Below, piece by piece: positions 18,053 through 28,454 of a stretch of DNA of 64,000 bases. The notes beneath the pieces were generated by a model that saw nothing but the letters and a program-made list of their open reading frames with translations, made no database searches and was not told where the DNA came from. Source of the stretch: an uncultured Gammaproteobacteria bacterium (GTDB taxonomy: Bacteria > Patescibacteriota > Microgenomatia > UBA8517). The DNA lies in contig CAYRUS010000002.1 in NCBI GenBank assembly GCA_964427735.1, forward strand, positions 131,734 through 195,733, in the 5' to 3' direction. A program made the translations under genes and the position numbers. Position 1 is the stretch's first letter, and every line of letters begins with the position of its first letter.

Positions 18053-19306
18053 ATGGAGTTAGATAAAAAATATAGTCCTGAAAGAAAATGGAGTCATGGT
18101 GCAGTTGCAGAACTTTTAACTAAATTTCTCCATCAAACCAATATATATGAAGAGGTTAGATCTGAACTCTACCCTATTCTATTCCGTCCAAATTCACCGC
18201 ACAAAAGAACTATAGACAATATCGTCGATACTGGCTTTATACCAATTACAAAAAAGTGGATTGTACTAGGAGAATCCAGAAGTAAAATTCATTACGAGAA
18301 ATACCTTAAGTCTCTTTTCTTACTTGACCCTAGCAAATTCACAGAAAGCGATATACTTAACCTCTTCTTAGCACAATATAAACTAAAATGTGCTTCTAAA
18401 GGAATTGCATCTGGACGGAAATATGATGGGAAAATAGAATTTTGGGGAAGAGAAAGAGAAATTACAGACAGGTATTTTGACGGTGAAGCAGGCAAACCCA
18501 ATTATGATACAGTGGTTAGATCTTTGGGACCTGATTTAGCAGTTAATACATATTTAGCTTATCTATTATCTAGTAAAAAGTTGAAGATACCCGGTAAAAA
18601 TGTGCCATTTGAGTTTATTGAAGACATTGAAAACCTCCTAGCTCCTTACTCAATTGAGTTGGATTCGCAATTATTACTTGATAGATTCAACTTTTTAATT
18701 AGTGATAAATTTATAAGCTACCTTAACCAAAATGGACACATTAAAGAAAACGAACTTACTCATTTTTTTGAAGAAGCAAGCTCTTGGATGCTTACACTAT
18801 CACTTAAATTGCAAAAAGATAGTCCTAGACCTAATACACTTATACTGCCATACACTCCTCCACGCGCTGTGGAATTGTACCCCTCGATAGATTTCATTCC
18901 GTATATTGCAAGAACAATGCATAACTATCTCACTCTTATACCTAATTTTGTATCAGACAATTCTAACTTAGCCTTAAGTGATTTTGATTATGTGATTACG
19001 GATTTAATTAAATGCATAGAAAGATACTTATCCCATTATCTGAACAACTTATCCGGAAGAAATATGAGGTCTAAGATCCCAAAAGTAGCAGGTGAAGTTT
19101 TAACATATGTACCCAAATACGAAAACTTGCTAAGCCATTATAGACATCATATAGGTCTTATAAATAAGACCCAGGATAAAGGAAGGTCTGGTTCATCTGT
19201 TAGAAGCTACAGAGAAACACTGGAGAAAATAAAGGAGAGTGGCGGCAGGACGAGTAGCAAAAGAATCAGAATAAAAATGAAATACTTTAAGGAATCAATT
19301 CTTTAA
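18053..19306 (+). CDS. Hypothetical protein
   Basis: 417-aa ORF with basic C-terminus; no recognised motif. Confidence 0.7.
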   Translation: MELDKKYSPERKWSHGAVAELLTKFLHQTNIYEEVRSELYPILFRPNSPHKRTIDNIVDTGFIPITKKWIVLGESRSKIHYEKYLKSLFLLDPSKFTESDILNLFLAQYKLKCASKGIASGRKYDGKIEFWGREREITDRYFDGEAGKPNYDTVVRSLGPDLAVNTYLAYLLSSKKLKIPGKNVPFEFIEDIENLLAPYSIELDSQLLLDRFNFLISDKFISYLNQNGHIKENELTHFFEEASSWMLTLSLKLQKDSPRPNTLILPYTPPRAVELYPSIDFIPYIARTMHNYLTLIPNFVSDNSNLALSDFDYVITDLIKCIERYLSHYLNNLSGRNMRSKIPKVAGEVLTYVPKYENLLSHYRHHIGLINKTQDKGRSGSSVRSYRETLEKIKESGGRTSSKRIRIKMKYFKESIL

Positions 19307-19308
19307 GG

Positions 19309-19935
19309 TCATTTCTTCTCAACTAATTCTTCTCTAGTGGTTTCCCAATCTTTATCATAAAGAATTTTTTCTATGGCCAGATCATAGTTATGCAGTTCAT
19401 CTGCATCAAACCATAACTTAATCTCTCTTTCTGCTTCTTCAATAGAACCGGATGCGTGAACTAAATTACGAATTGAACGCTCATCTGGATCAGAGATAAA
19501 ATAAGAATCAATAGTCAAGTCAGCAGTAATTGTACCGACATCAGCTGAAAGTGGATTTGTATGACCTCTTATTTTTCTAACGTGCTGAATAGCATGCGCT
19601 CCTTCGATAACCATAGCAACAACTGGACCAGTAACAAGATACCTCATCAATCTTTTTTGGATATCCTCTGCAATTTCAATTGGGGTCCTTTTTATATCCT
19701 CTCCTTTTTCCTTGTACGCCGCAATAGTTCTTTCCCCTAACAGTTGTTTATCTTCTTTTGGCATATCATAGTGGTTTTTTGCCAAAGTAGCAGTTGACCA
19801 AACCATCTTCAATCCAACAACTTTTAACCCCTTTCTTTCGAACCTTGAAATTATTTCTCCAACTAAACCCCTTTGTACTCCATCTGGTTTAACTAAAACT
19901 AATGTTCGCTCGTGATGTTTTGTTTTCCTTGGCAT
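19309..19935 (-). CDS. ndk: Nucleoside diphosphate kinase with internal insertion
   Basis: ERTLVLVKPDGVQRGLVGEIISRFE, GPVVAMV, NLVHASGS (catalytic His), EAEREIKLWF. Confidence 0.95.
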   Translation of the reverse strand: MPRKTKHHERTLVLVKPDGVQRGLVGEIISRFERKGLKVVGLKMVWSTATLAKNHYDMPKEDKQLLGERTIAAYKEKGEDIKRTPIEIAEDIQKRLMRYLVTGPVVAMVIEGAHAIQHVRKIRGHTNPLSADVGTITADLTIDSYFISDPDERSIRNLVHASGSIEEAEREIKLWFDADELHNYDLAIEKILYDKDWETTREELVEKK

Positions 19936-20050
19936 TCTTTTATCCTATTAATAAATCTGACCAATTACTTTACTGATAGTAATATACCACAATTTTAAAA
20001 GACTTTTTAATACAAGATCTGTTTGTAAAAATCTAAAAACAGATTGTTAT

Positions 20051-20097
20051 TGTGCGACCACCTCTAAGGGAGTCTCCCTGCAAGGTAGTCGTGACAA
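20051..20097 (+). repeat. REP-like palindrome
   Basis: TGTGCGACCACCTCTAAGGGAGTCTCCCTGCAAGGTAGTCGTGACAA; 46/47 identical to 22821-22867. Confidence 0.92.
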
Positions 20098-20114
20098 CAA
20101 TACTGTCTGTGGCT

Positions 20115-21386
20115 TTATTTGAGCAAGTCCTCAAATTGTTTCTCATTTTTAAACGGTCCAATTATTGCTAAATTTAATTTCTCTTTTACAAACACATCTT
20201 TAGCAACTTCAACAAGATCTTCTACTGTTACCTTATTTATTCCTTCAAATACTTCCTCTGGTGTCTCAACTCTTCCTAACATCAATTCCTTGATTCCAAA
20301 AAAACTATTTATTGCTTTTGTATCTTCTAGCCCTAATGCCAGATGTCCTTTGAGATACTCCTTTGCTTTTTTAAGTTCATCGTCCTTTATATCATGTCTG
20401 CCATTTGCAATTTGGTAATGTAAATCAAGTATTACCTTTATTGCCTCTGTTGCTCTTTTGGGATCAACTCCAGCATACGCAGAAATATAACCTGTATCCA
20501 GATAATGATCTACATCACTTCTAACTGCATATGCCAAGCCTCTTTTTTCTCTGACTTCAGTAAACAACCTGGAACTCATACCTCCTCCAAGAAGCGTGGT
20601 GAGAACTGCCTCTGCAAATCTTTTATTACTACCGTAAGGGTAACCAATAAATCCAAGAACAAAATGAGCTTGTTCAATATTTTTATTTTTCAAAAAGATT
20701 CTAGGCTCTTTCTGATCAGAGTTGAATTTTTCGTAGTCAGTTACATCTCCATCTTTAAGACTTCCAAAATACTTCTCTGCAAGTTCTATTACTTTATCTT
20801 GATCTATCCCTCCTGAAACAGTTAACAACATATTGTGAGTTTTATAATGTGTATTTCTATACTCCACAAAATCTTCTCTCTTTAGTGAGGTAACTGTTTC
20901 TCTTAGTCCAATAATGTCTCTTCCTAAATCATGGTCATTAAAAATCAAATTCTCGAAATAATCTCCAACTTTGCTCATAGGGATGTCTTCATACATACCC
21001 ATTTCTTCTAAAATAACACCCTTTTCTCTTTCTATCGCATCCTCTTTTAATAATGGTGAAACAACCATGTCTGACAGCACATCAAAGGCAGTTTCAATGA
21101 CACCTGAACGCGATTTTATATAGTAGTTAGTCCATTCCTTCGAGGTAGATGCATTAAATTGAGCACCAATTGCATCCACTGCTGTTGCTACTTCTTGAGA
21201 TGTAGGACGCTTTTTTGTTCCCTTAAAGACCATATGCTCCAAGAAATGAGATATACCTGCGTTAGAGTCTTTTTCAAAACGTGAACCAACACGGGTCCAA
21301 ACTGTAACTGTTGCCGACTCAAAATCCTCAAGAGGAACTGTTAATACTCTTAAACCGTTTTTAAGTTTAGTAATTTGATAGTCCAT
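20115..21386 (-). CDS. M16 (pitrilysin/insulinase) family zinc protease
   Basis: GISHFLEHMVFKGT (HxxEH), FNASTSKE, LGGGMSSRLFTEVREKRGLAY. Confidence 0.95.
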   Translation of the reverse strand: MDYQITKLKNGLRVLTVPLEDFESATVTVWTRVGSRFEKDSNAGISHFLEHMVFKGTKKRPTSQEVATAVDAIGAQFNASTSKEWTNYYIKSRSGVIETAFDVLSDMVVSPLLKEDAIEREKGVILEEMGMYEDIPMSKVGDYFENLIFNDHDLGRDIIGLRETVTSLKREDFVEYRNTHYKTHNMLLTVSGGIDQDKVIELAEKYFGSLKDGDVTDYEKFNSDQKEPRIFLKNKNIEQAHFVLGFIGYPYGSNKRFAEAVLTTLLGGGMSSRLFTEVREKRGLAYAVRSDVDHYLDTGYISAYAGVDPKRATEAIKVILDLHYQIANGRHDIKDDELKKAKEYLKGHLALGLEDTKAINSFFGIKELMLGRVETPEEVFEGINKVTVEDLVEVAKDVFVKEKLNLAIIGPFKNEKQFEDLLK

Positions 21387-21599
21387 TTAGTAAAAGATTG
21401 TATCACCATTTAAGTAAGTTGTCTTGATATAAAAATGTTAGAAACAATCAATTGCAATGGACAAAATATTCATGCGATAATTTATAAATCAAGTTAAATA
21501 AATAGTAATTGGGATTTACCTGAATCAAAGTTTTTATGTTTATATTACCTACTTATTCTGAAGATTAAACTGTGATATATATAAATTAGGAGAAATAAA

Positions 21600-21998
21600 A
21601 TGAATGAGCATTTCAGAAAAATAGCCGCTAAAATCTCACTGGTTGTAGGAACACCATGGGCATTTGTACTCGCGATAGTCATAATTCTAGCCTGGTTTCT
21701 TAGCGGACCTTTATTTGGCTTTTCAGATACATGGCAATTAATAATTAATACAGGTACAACAATAATTACCTTTTTAATGGTATTTCTTATCCAAAACACA
21801 CAGAACAGAGATGCGAAAGCCATTCATCTTAAACTTGATGAGCTAATAAAATCAACAAGAAGCGCAAATAATCAAATGCTAAATGTCGAAGACGTTCCAG
21901 ATGAAGAATTGGAAAGACTGCACCAGGAGTTTAAATCCTTTAACGATAATCATAATCACCCAAAAAGAACCTCTCAAAACAAAAACAAAAAAATATAA
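21600..21998 (+). CDS. Low-affinity iron permease (Fet4-like) family protein
   Basis: GPLFGFSDTWQLIINTGTTIITFLMVFLIQNTQNRDAKAIHLKLDELI. Confidence 0.92.
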   Translation: MNEHFRKIAAKISLVVGTPWAFVLAIVIILAWFLSGPLFGFSDTWQLIINTGTTIITFLMVFLIQNTQNRDAKAIHLKLDELIKSTRSANNQMLNVEDVPDEELERLHQEFKSFNDNHNHPKRTSQNKNKKI

Positions 21999-22053
21999 TC
22001 TTTTGATAGAAATTGATCACAAAACTTTCTTATTTCACTAACTAATATCGTTA

Positions 22054-22095
22054 TTGTACGACTACCTTGCAGGGAGACTCCTTGCAAGGTATACT
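22054..22095 (-). repeat. REP-like palindrome in inverted orientation, doubling as the RAYT promoter
   Basis: Reverse complement ACCTTGCAAGGAGTCTCCCTGCAAGGTAGTCGTACAA; on the + strand TTGCAG (22067), 17 nt, TATACT (22090). Confidence 0.85.
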
Positions 22096-22101
22096 CCATT
22101 T

Positions 22102-22785
22102 ATGCCTCGCAAAAATACTCTGAAGATGTATGTAGATGATGCCTATTACCACGTTTATAATCGCGGAACCGACAAACGAAATATCTATGAAGATGAAGAA
22201 GACCATCGTGTTTTTCTTGGGTATCTTAAAGAATATTTATCCCCAACTGAAGGCTCAGAACCAAAAAAAGTGCTAGTTAATATAAACAATAAAATATTCC
22301 AAGGTACACCCCGCAAAAGAAAAAACTATTATGAAAACATTGAACTAGTAGCCTATTGTTTAATGCCGAATCATTTTCATCTCTTGATTAAGCAAACAGA
22401 TAAAGAAGCAATGTCTCGCTTTTTGAGATCTCTTCTAACGCGCTATTCAATGTATTTTAATAAGAAATATAATAGAGTTGGTAAGCTCTTTGAAGGACCA
22501 TATAAAGCTGTCTTAATAGATAATGATAGTTATTTGCTTTATCTCACTCGCTATATCCATAAAAACCCTGGAAAGTATAAATTTGATTTGACTAAAGCAT
22601 ACTCATCTTACGCTGAATATTTGGGAATTAGAAAAACACCATGGATAAAGCCAAACTTAATACTTTCTCAATTTTATAATAAAAAATCTCCAGAGATAAA
22701 GAAGTTTATCTCATACGAAGAATTTGTAGAAGGAAAAATTCATTACCCTGTAAGAATGGATGAATATACAATCGAACAAGAATAA
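22102..22785 (+). mobile_element. REP-associated tyrosine transposase (RAYT, Y1 HUH, IS200-related)
   Basis: YYHVYNRG, AYCLMPNHFHLL (HUH), RYIHKNP, YSSY; flanked by inverted REPs; ATG at 22102. Confidence 0.92.
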
Positions 22786-22820
22786 GTAATAAATTGACCC
22801 TCCAAAATCCTTTCTGTCCT

Positions 22821-22867
22821 TGTGCGACCACCTTTAAGGGAGTCTCCCTGCAAGGTAGTCGTGACAA
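22821..22867 (+). repeat. REP-like palindrome downstream of the RAYT
   Basis: TGTGCGACCACCTTTAAGGGAGTCTCCCTGCAAGGTAGTCGTGACAA. Confidence 0.92.
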
Positions 22868-22876
22868 TTCTAATAG

Positions 22877-24583
22877 CTACATTTTAGTAGGCACCTTAAT
22901 ACCTAGCAAATTCAACCCGTTTTCTAGTACCTGTCTAACCCCATTAGTCAGAGCTAGACGAAAATTCTGATTATCTGATCCAATCATATGGTGCTTGTTA
23001 TAAAACGTATTATATGTTTGTGCCAAATCATATATATAATTAATAAACGTATTGGGTGAGTAAGTCTTTGCCACACTTTCGATCTCTTCTTGATATCGAT
23101 ATAATTTTCGAAGTAACAAATCTTCTTCTTGATTTATTTCTATATTATTGTTCTCCAGACCCTTCAAATCTTTATAGTTTGCCCCCAGAGCCTTAACCAA
23201 TACATTAGAAGCCCGAGCAACAGTATACTGAACATAAGGTCCAGAATTACCTTCTGTAGATATGCTACTTTTTATATCAAATATAATATCCTGTACTGGA
23301 TTTGTCTTTAAAAAGGCATATTTAACTGCCCCAATACCAACTATTTCCGAAATACTTGCCTTCTCTATTTCATTAAGATCTTCTCTACTTTCTACAATCT
23401 CTCTAATCTCCCTGACTATGGTATCCACGAGCTCAACCGCACCGACTATATTACCTGTACGTGAACCCATTTTCCCCTCTTTGAGTTGAATCATACCAAA
23501 ACCAATATGCTCAAGTCTTCCTTTCAAAAGGGGATCAATCTCTTCAAGAGCTTTAAATACTACCTTAAAATATTCATTTTGTTCTGCTGCTGTTGAGATA
23601 ATAAGAAGATCATAAGGCCAATCTTTCATCTTCATCTGCTCCAATGCTAACTCTTTAGCTTCGTATGTAGGAGTTCCATAGCTTGTTATAAAAACTCTAT
23701 CATGTAACCCATACTTGCTACCTTCAAAGATAACTGCCCTTTCACTTTTAGTAAAAACATCATTTAAATTACGCTTCACTTCCTCAATGCCCTTTTCGTA
23801 AACTTCAGACTCAAAATAATACTTGTTGTATACAATACCCAATCTCTCCTCGAAGTGCTTGTAAAACTCAACACTCCATTCTCTTGTTTCTTGCCAAAGA
23901 TCCAGTATCTCAGGATCTTTGGCATAAATTAATCTGTTTAAAGTTTTGATTTCCTCTTGAATTTTTTCATCATCTTTGTATGCCTTTGAGCCGTTTTGAT
24001 ACATTTCTTGAAGGAGTTTAACCTTATCTTCTAAACCTTCCGGTATCAGAGGCTTTTCTTTTTGAAAAGCCCAAAGACATTTTGCCACATGTAAGCCAAC
24101 ATCACCTTGGTAGTTGGCACGAAAAACTTCCGCACCAGTTGCCTCAAGAAATCTACTCATACTTTCGCCGTAGATATATGAAAAAAGATGACCGATGTGA
24201 GGCATTTTATGGGTATTCGGTTGGCCAAACTCAAACATTATACGTTTACCTTGAAATAAATCAGACTTCCCATACTTGTCACCTCTTGTATTTACCGTTT
24301 TTAAGTTATCGGTCAATACTTCTTTTTTAATCCAAAAATTAATAAAACCGGGACCAGCCACTTCGATTTTTGATATATAATTTTTTAGATTGTTATCTTT
24401 TGATAGCTTAGATACAATTTCTTCAGCAGCTTTTCTAGGATCTTTTTTTTCCTTACTTGCTATTTGCATTGCTATATTTGATGAATAGTCACCATTATCC
24501 ATACTCTGAGGAAACTCTATATGGACATTTTTTTCTTCGGTTACATTTTGTAACGCTTCGTGGATTTTATTTCTTACCTGCAT
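22877..24583 (-). CDS. argS: Arginine--tRNA ligase
   Basis: GDYSSNIA, AGPGFINF, PNTHKMPHIGH, KMGSRTGN, EGNSGPYVQY; ATG at 24583 lies 6 nt after TACAAT. Confidence 0.97.
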   Translation of the reverse strand: MQVRNKIHEALQNVTEEKNVHIEFPQSMDNGDYSSNIAMQIASKEKKDPRKAAEEIVSKLSKDNNLKNYISKIEVAGPGFINFWIKKEVLTDNLKTVNTRGDKYGKSDLFQGKRIMFEFGQPNTHKMPHIGHLFSYIYGESMSRFLEATGAEVFRANYQGDVGLHVAKCLWAFQKEKPLIPEGLEDKVKLLQEMYQNGSKAYKDDEKIQEEIKTLNRLIYAKDPEILDLWQETREWSVEFYKHFEERLGIVYNKYYFESEVYEKGIEEVKRNLNDVFTKSERAVIFEGSKYGLHDRVFITSYGTPTYEAKELALEQMKMKDWPYDLLIISTAAEQNEYFKVVFKALEEIDPLLKGRLEHIGFGMIQLKEGKMGSRTGNIVGAVELVDTIVREIREIVESREDLNEIEKASISEIVGIGAVKYAFLKTNPVQDIIFDIKSSISTEGNSGPYVQYTVARASNVLVKALGANYKDLKGLENNNIEINQEEDLLLRKLYRYQEEIESVAKTYSPNTFINYIYDLAQTYNTFYNKHHMIGSDNQNFRLALTNGVRQVLENGLNLLGIKVPTKM

Positions 24584-24764
24584 TATGCTATTGTACACGC
24601 TCAAGCTAGAATATTTCTAGTTTGTGTGGTTTGAAGCAGAGGTCGAAATATTGCGAGAACCCGATTTATAGAGAGATCAAAATAGATTTAATCTATAATT
24701 AGAAACAAAAACTGATACATTAACTCAATTTGCAAACTAGTTTAGACATATATAGAAAAATACA

Positions 24765-25628
24765 ATGAGTGAAGTATTACCACCCAATGACAAAGACAAG
24801 GGAGAACAAATTAAAACTCCCTACGAACTTATTGAGTACATTTGGGATAAAGCATTAGAAGATCCTGGCAGGAAATCAATCGAAGAAGAAAGACAGTCAG
24901 GTTTAACTTCTATGGAAAAAGATTTATTAGCACTTGTTCCAAGTCACAGTAGCGCATGGAAAAAATTTTCTTTGGATTTCATCTCTGATCCTACTAGTGT
25001 GGAACTTCATGACCCAGAAATCATAGAAAGCAAAGATATCCAGTTTGTCGAACACGCCACTGGTTCTCCGGACAACCCAATAGAGAATCTACCACTAAAA
25101 TATTCTATAATGGAAGCATCTATAGATAAAACCGAATTTCAAAGATTGCCTCATGACTTTGAAAAAGCACCACCACAAGTATACGTAAATGTGAGAGAGA
25201 TATTCAGCGACTCTGAAAGAGATGTTCAAAATATACTTAGAGGGTTACTAGAAGAATATATTAACCCTCTAAGATCAAATAGGTACGGAGAACGAATTAA
25301 GAAGAAAAGAGATACTTTAAGAAACGAGATTTTAAAGATATCTAGCATACTACTAACAGACCTGACTCTTATAGGAAAAGTTGTTTACTACAATCCAAAT
25401 GTTAGAAATCGAGAACCGTTGAATATTCTCGGATTTAGGCTGCTATTTACAGCTGGTGGAAATTTGATTGTCTACAAACTACTAAAATGGCATGGTAAGA
25501 ACACACAATCAAAAATGAATTTGGACCTACCAAGTTATGATATTGTAAAAAATAAAATCCACCCAGAGCTTGAAATACCGATGAGAAAATTTTCTCAAGA
25601 AATCAGAAAACGAGCTGGTAAGTTGTAA
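24765..25628 (+). CDS. Hypothetical protein
   Basis: 287-aa ORF; no recognised motif. Confidence 0.7.
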   Translation: MSEVLPPNDKDKGEQIKTPYELIEYIWDKALEDPGRKSIEEERQSGLTSMEKDLLALVPSHSSAWKKFSLDFISDPTSVELHDPEIIESKDIQFVEHATGSPDNPIENLPLKYSIMEASIDKTEFQRLPHDFEKAPPQVYVNVREIFSDSERDVQNILRGLLEEYINPLRSNRYGERIKKKRDTLRNEILKISSILLTDLTLIGKVVYYNPNVRNREPLNILGFRLLFTAGGNLIVYKLLKWHGKNTQSKMNLDLPSYDIVKNKIHPELEIPMRKFSQEIRKRAGKL

Positions 25629-25635
25629 TTCAAGT

Positions 25636-25671
25636 ACTTTAAAGGAGTCTCCGCATGAGGTGGTCGCGCAA
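25636..25671 (+). repeat. Degenerate REP copy
   Basis: ACTTTAAAGGAGTCTCCGCATGAGGTGGTCGCGCAA. Confidence 0.7.
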
Positions 25672-25686
25672 TAACTAATTATGTAA

Positions 25687-26580
25687 CTATCTGCTGGTAT
25701 TTATACTGTAGCTGCTACCATCTGTACTCAATATCACATGTCCAGATGTATCAGTTCTATATACTTCTAATCCTTTTGTTCTTAACATTTCTAGAATTTC
25801 TTTATGTGGATGTCCCCATGGATTCTTACCAGACGAAATAACAGCAATCTCTGGATTAGATTTTTCTAGCAAGTCTCTAGTAAGCCCATTTTTGCTTCCG
25901 TGATGAGGTACTTTTAGATACTCTATATCACTTACCTCTCCTGCTAAAATCATGTCGTCGGTTATTTCTGGTTCAATATCCCCTGTCAACAACGCATCAA
26001 ACTCACCATACCTCATATGAATAACAACCGAAAAATTATTAGGATTTTCATCACTATCATATACTCCAAGCACATTAGAATCTTTAACACTAATTTTATT
26101 TGAACTGATAAAATTGCTTGTTGGCCAAATTACATCTAAATTAATCTCTCCAATATTAATGTTTCTTGTACTTTGCAATTCAATGGTGTCAGTATTACTA
26201 TTTCCAACTAATCCTTCTAATGTCTCCCACTCTATCCCTTCAGCATCTAACCCACTAGTAGCAAAATACTTCACATTATATCTTTCTACTACATCAATAA
26301 GACCGCCAAAATGATCTTTTTGTGGGTGAGTTACTATAACCATATCAATACTCCTATCCCAAAATGGAATATATCTACTCAGGCAATCCATAACTTTGCT
26401 ATTAGGTCCACCATCTATTAATATCTGGTTTTTGCCATGAACAACTAAAATTGCATCCCCCTGTCCTACATCACATGCAATTAATTTTAATTTAGGACTT
26501 GGCCAGTTAATTAGTATTAAAATTAGAAGACTAAGAGCAAGTAGTGTAAAAAACAAAAATACTTTCGTCCCTTTTGACAT
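25687..26580 (-). CDS. ComEC-associated metallo-beta-lactamase-fold nuclease (stand-alone)
   Basis: DVGQGDAIL, IDGG, THPQKDHFGG, LLTGD, KVPHHGS, WGHPH, RTD. Confidence 0.93.
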   Translation of the reverse strand: MSKGTKVFLFFTLLALSLLILILINWPSPKLKLIACDVGQGDAILVVHGKNQILIDGGPNSKVMDCLSRYIPFWDRSIDMVIVTHPQKDHFGGLIDVVERYNVKYFATSGLDAEGIEWETLEGLVGNSNTDTIELQSTRNINIGEINLDVIWPTSNFISSNKISVKDSNVLGVYDSDENPNNFSVVIHMRYGEFDALLTGDIEPEITDDMILAGEVSDIEYLKVPHHGSKNGLTRDLLEKSNPEIAVISSGKNPWGHPHKEILEMLRTKGLEVYRTDTSGHVILSTDGSSYSINTSR

Positions 26581-26623
26581 TAATTCAGCTTGAAGTTAAA
26601 TTGAAGATAAATCAAGATACTAG

Positions 26624-27133
26624 TTATTCCTTGCTTAATCTTGACTGCATATATTGCAGTGCCTCATTAAGATCTTCTATAGTGACATCTTCAGGTCTAA
26701 CAAGGTTGTATCCGGATCTATTCCATGGCATGGTAGCACGTAAACCTTCCATAAACTTTTTATATCCTTCAGGTAACTCTTCTGCTCTACCTTCTGCTTC
26801 AGCCAATTGTTTATATCTAGCATTTGTTGTCATTAAAAAAACCTTTGCTTCAGTGTCAGTAAAGCTAATTTGGGGATATGATAATTTTTTTTGTCTATCG
26901 ATTTCTGCTTCCCGCTTCCTAGATGCTATTATTTTCAGTCTTTTTTCCCAATCTCTATAAAAAAAACGCTCCTTTAAAGTTAGCGATATCAGCAAATCAT
27001 GTTGTATATCTTTGCCTTTTTTAGACTCTACAGACTCTAGGTCATTAACAAACATTTCCCAGGCTTTTAACAAACATTTCTCTCTCAAAATCTCCTTTTG
27101 TGCTTCTGGGTTTGGTCCTTCATAGCTTTCCAT
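26624..27133 (-). CDS. Hypothetical protein between the two ComEC parts
   Basis: 169-aa ORF; TATAAT 6 nt upstream. Confidence 0.7.
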   Translation of the reverse strand: MESYEGPNPEAQKEILREKCLLKAWEMFVNDLESVESKKGKDIQHDLLISLTLKERFFYRDWEKRLKIIASRKREAEIDRQKKLSYPQISFTDTEAKVFLMTTNARYKQLAEAEGRAEELPEGYKKFMEGLRATMPWNRSGYNLVRPEDVTIEDLNEALQYMQSRLSKE

Positions 27134-27327
27134 TTATTAATTATATCATTTTAAGAAAAGCCTGTTAAAATGATAAAGGCTCTAAAAACTAGATCATATA
27201 AAATCAAAACATATCACTTTAATTTCCGCATGGACAATTCTTGTATAAAGTTTTCATTATTTTTAGCAGACATACTTCTAGACTGATAATTTTAGCCTCC
27301 CACAAATTCTGGATCTAAAATATTATA

Positions 27328-28419
27328 CTAAACAAAAATCTCTATTACTTTTACAAACAAAAAACTTAATGGATAACTAAAATAGAGTAAAGCTCTCCCC
27401 ATAGGTTCATAAATCATGCCTAAAATTCCTGCCATCATACCAAACACTGTAATCAATGGAATTGTCCAAAGTACCAAGGCATTAATTAGTGGTGACAAAA
27501 GGTTAAACTGACCAAATACATAATACAATATTGGAGCCACTCCTATTTGAGCTGCCAAAGTGGTAGATAAATCTTTTCTTAAAACGAGCGGCATTTTATG
27601 GATCAATCTATCTATTTTTGGTTCAAAAAGCATCATACTTGTTGTTGCAGCAAACGATAATATAAACCCTAAATCTGTTAACCAAGTGGGCCAAACAAGA
27701 AGCATTACAACTGCTGATACGACAAGTGCTCTTATTGCAGAACTAACCCTGCCTAGTGTTTGTGCAGTAAAAGCAATTGATCCCATTATTCCCGCTCTTA
27801 CAAGCGGTGCTTCTAACCCTGCAATTAGGACATAAATCCAAATTCCAAATATAGAAAACAAAACAGCACGTTTCCTAGGCAAAAATAACATGAATATTCC
27901 TAACAAAAATCCTGCCACCAGAGTTACATTCATACCCGATGCTACAACAACATGAAGCGTGCCGGTTTTTTGGAGCATTTCAAAAAAACTTTCTGGCATT
28001 GCCTCTTTTGATCCAAAAGTCACCCCACCAATAAGTGAGGCATAGGGATCTGTTAAATTTTTTTTGTAAAACGATAAAATCTTCTTCCTTAATGAATAAA
28101 GTATGGAATTAGATTCTCTATGAAACAATAATTCTGGGTCCTTAAGACTACTTTCTTCTACTACACCTTCAATTACCACATAATCTCCATAATAAACTCT
28201 TGGAATTAATGGTAAATATATTTGTAGTCCTTTTAGTTTTAGTCCTTGAGAGTTTGAATACCTAACTGGCTCTGATGTAACATTTGATCTGATTCTTATT
28301 TTATCTCCGTTATTAAATACTGGTTTTGTTGAGTTGTAACGATAACCAATTAAAATTATGAAAAACAACAATACTACAACATTTATGCCACCTATAGTCA
28401 ATTTTGTTTTTGACATCAA
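27328..28419 (-). CDS. comEC: ComEC/Rec2 competence membrane domain
   Basis: GTLHVVVASGMNV, PLVRAGIM, DLGFILSFAAT; multiple TM helices. Confidence 0.93.
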   Translation of the reverse strand: MMSKTKLTIGGINVVVLLFFIILIGYRYNSTKPVFNNGDKIRIRSNVTSEPVRYSNSQGLKLKGLQIYLPLIPRVYYGDYVVIEGVVEESSLKDPELLFHRESNSILYSLRKKILSFYKKNLTDPYASLIGGVTFGSKEAMPESFFEMLQKTGTLHVVVASGMNVTLVAGFLLGIFMLFLPRKRAVLFSIFGIWIYVLIAGLEAPLVRAGIMGSIAFTAQTLGRVSSAIRALVVSAVVMLLVWPTWLTDLGFILSFAATTSMMLFEPKIDRLIHKMPLVLRKDLSTTLAAQIGVAPILYYVFGQFNLLSPLINALVLWTIPLITVFGMMAGILGMIYEPMGRALLYFSYPLSFLFVKVIEIFV

Positions 28420-28454
28420 TACATTTCTAACACCAAGTTATAAGTTTTTAAGTT

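Noticed and set aside
12938-25671. Repeats as a CRISPR array
   Set aside because: Copies are kilobases apart with no spacer periodicity and no cas genes; they fit REPs
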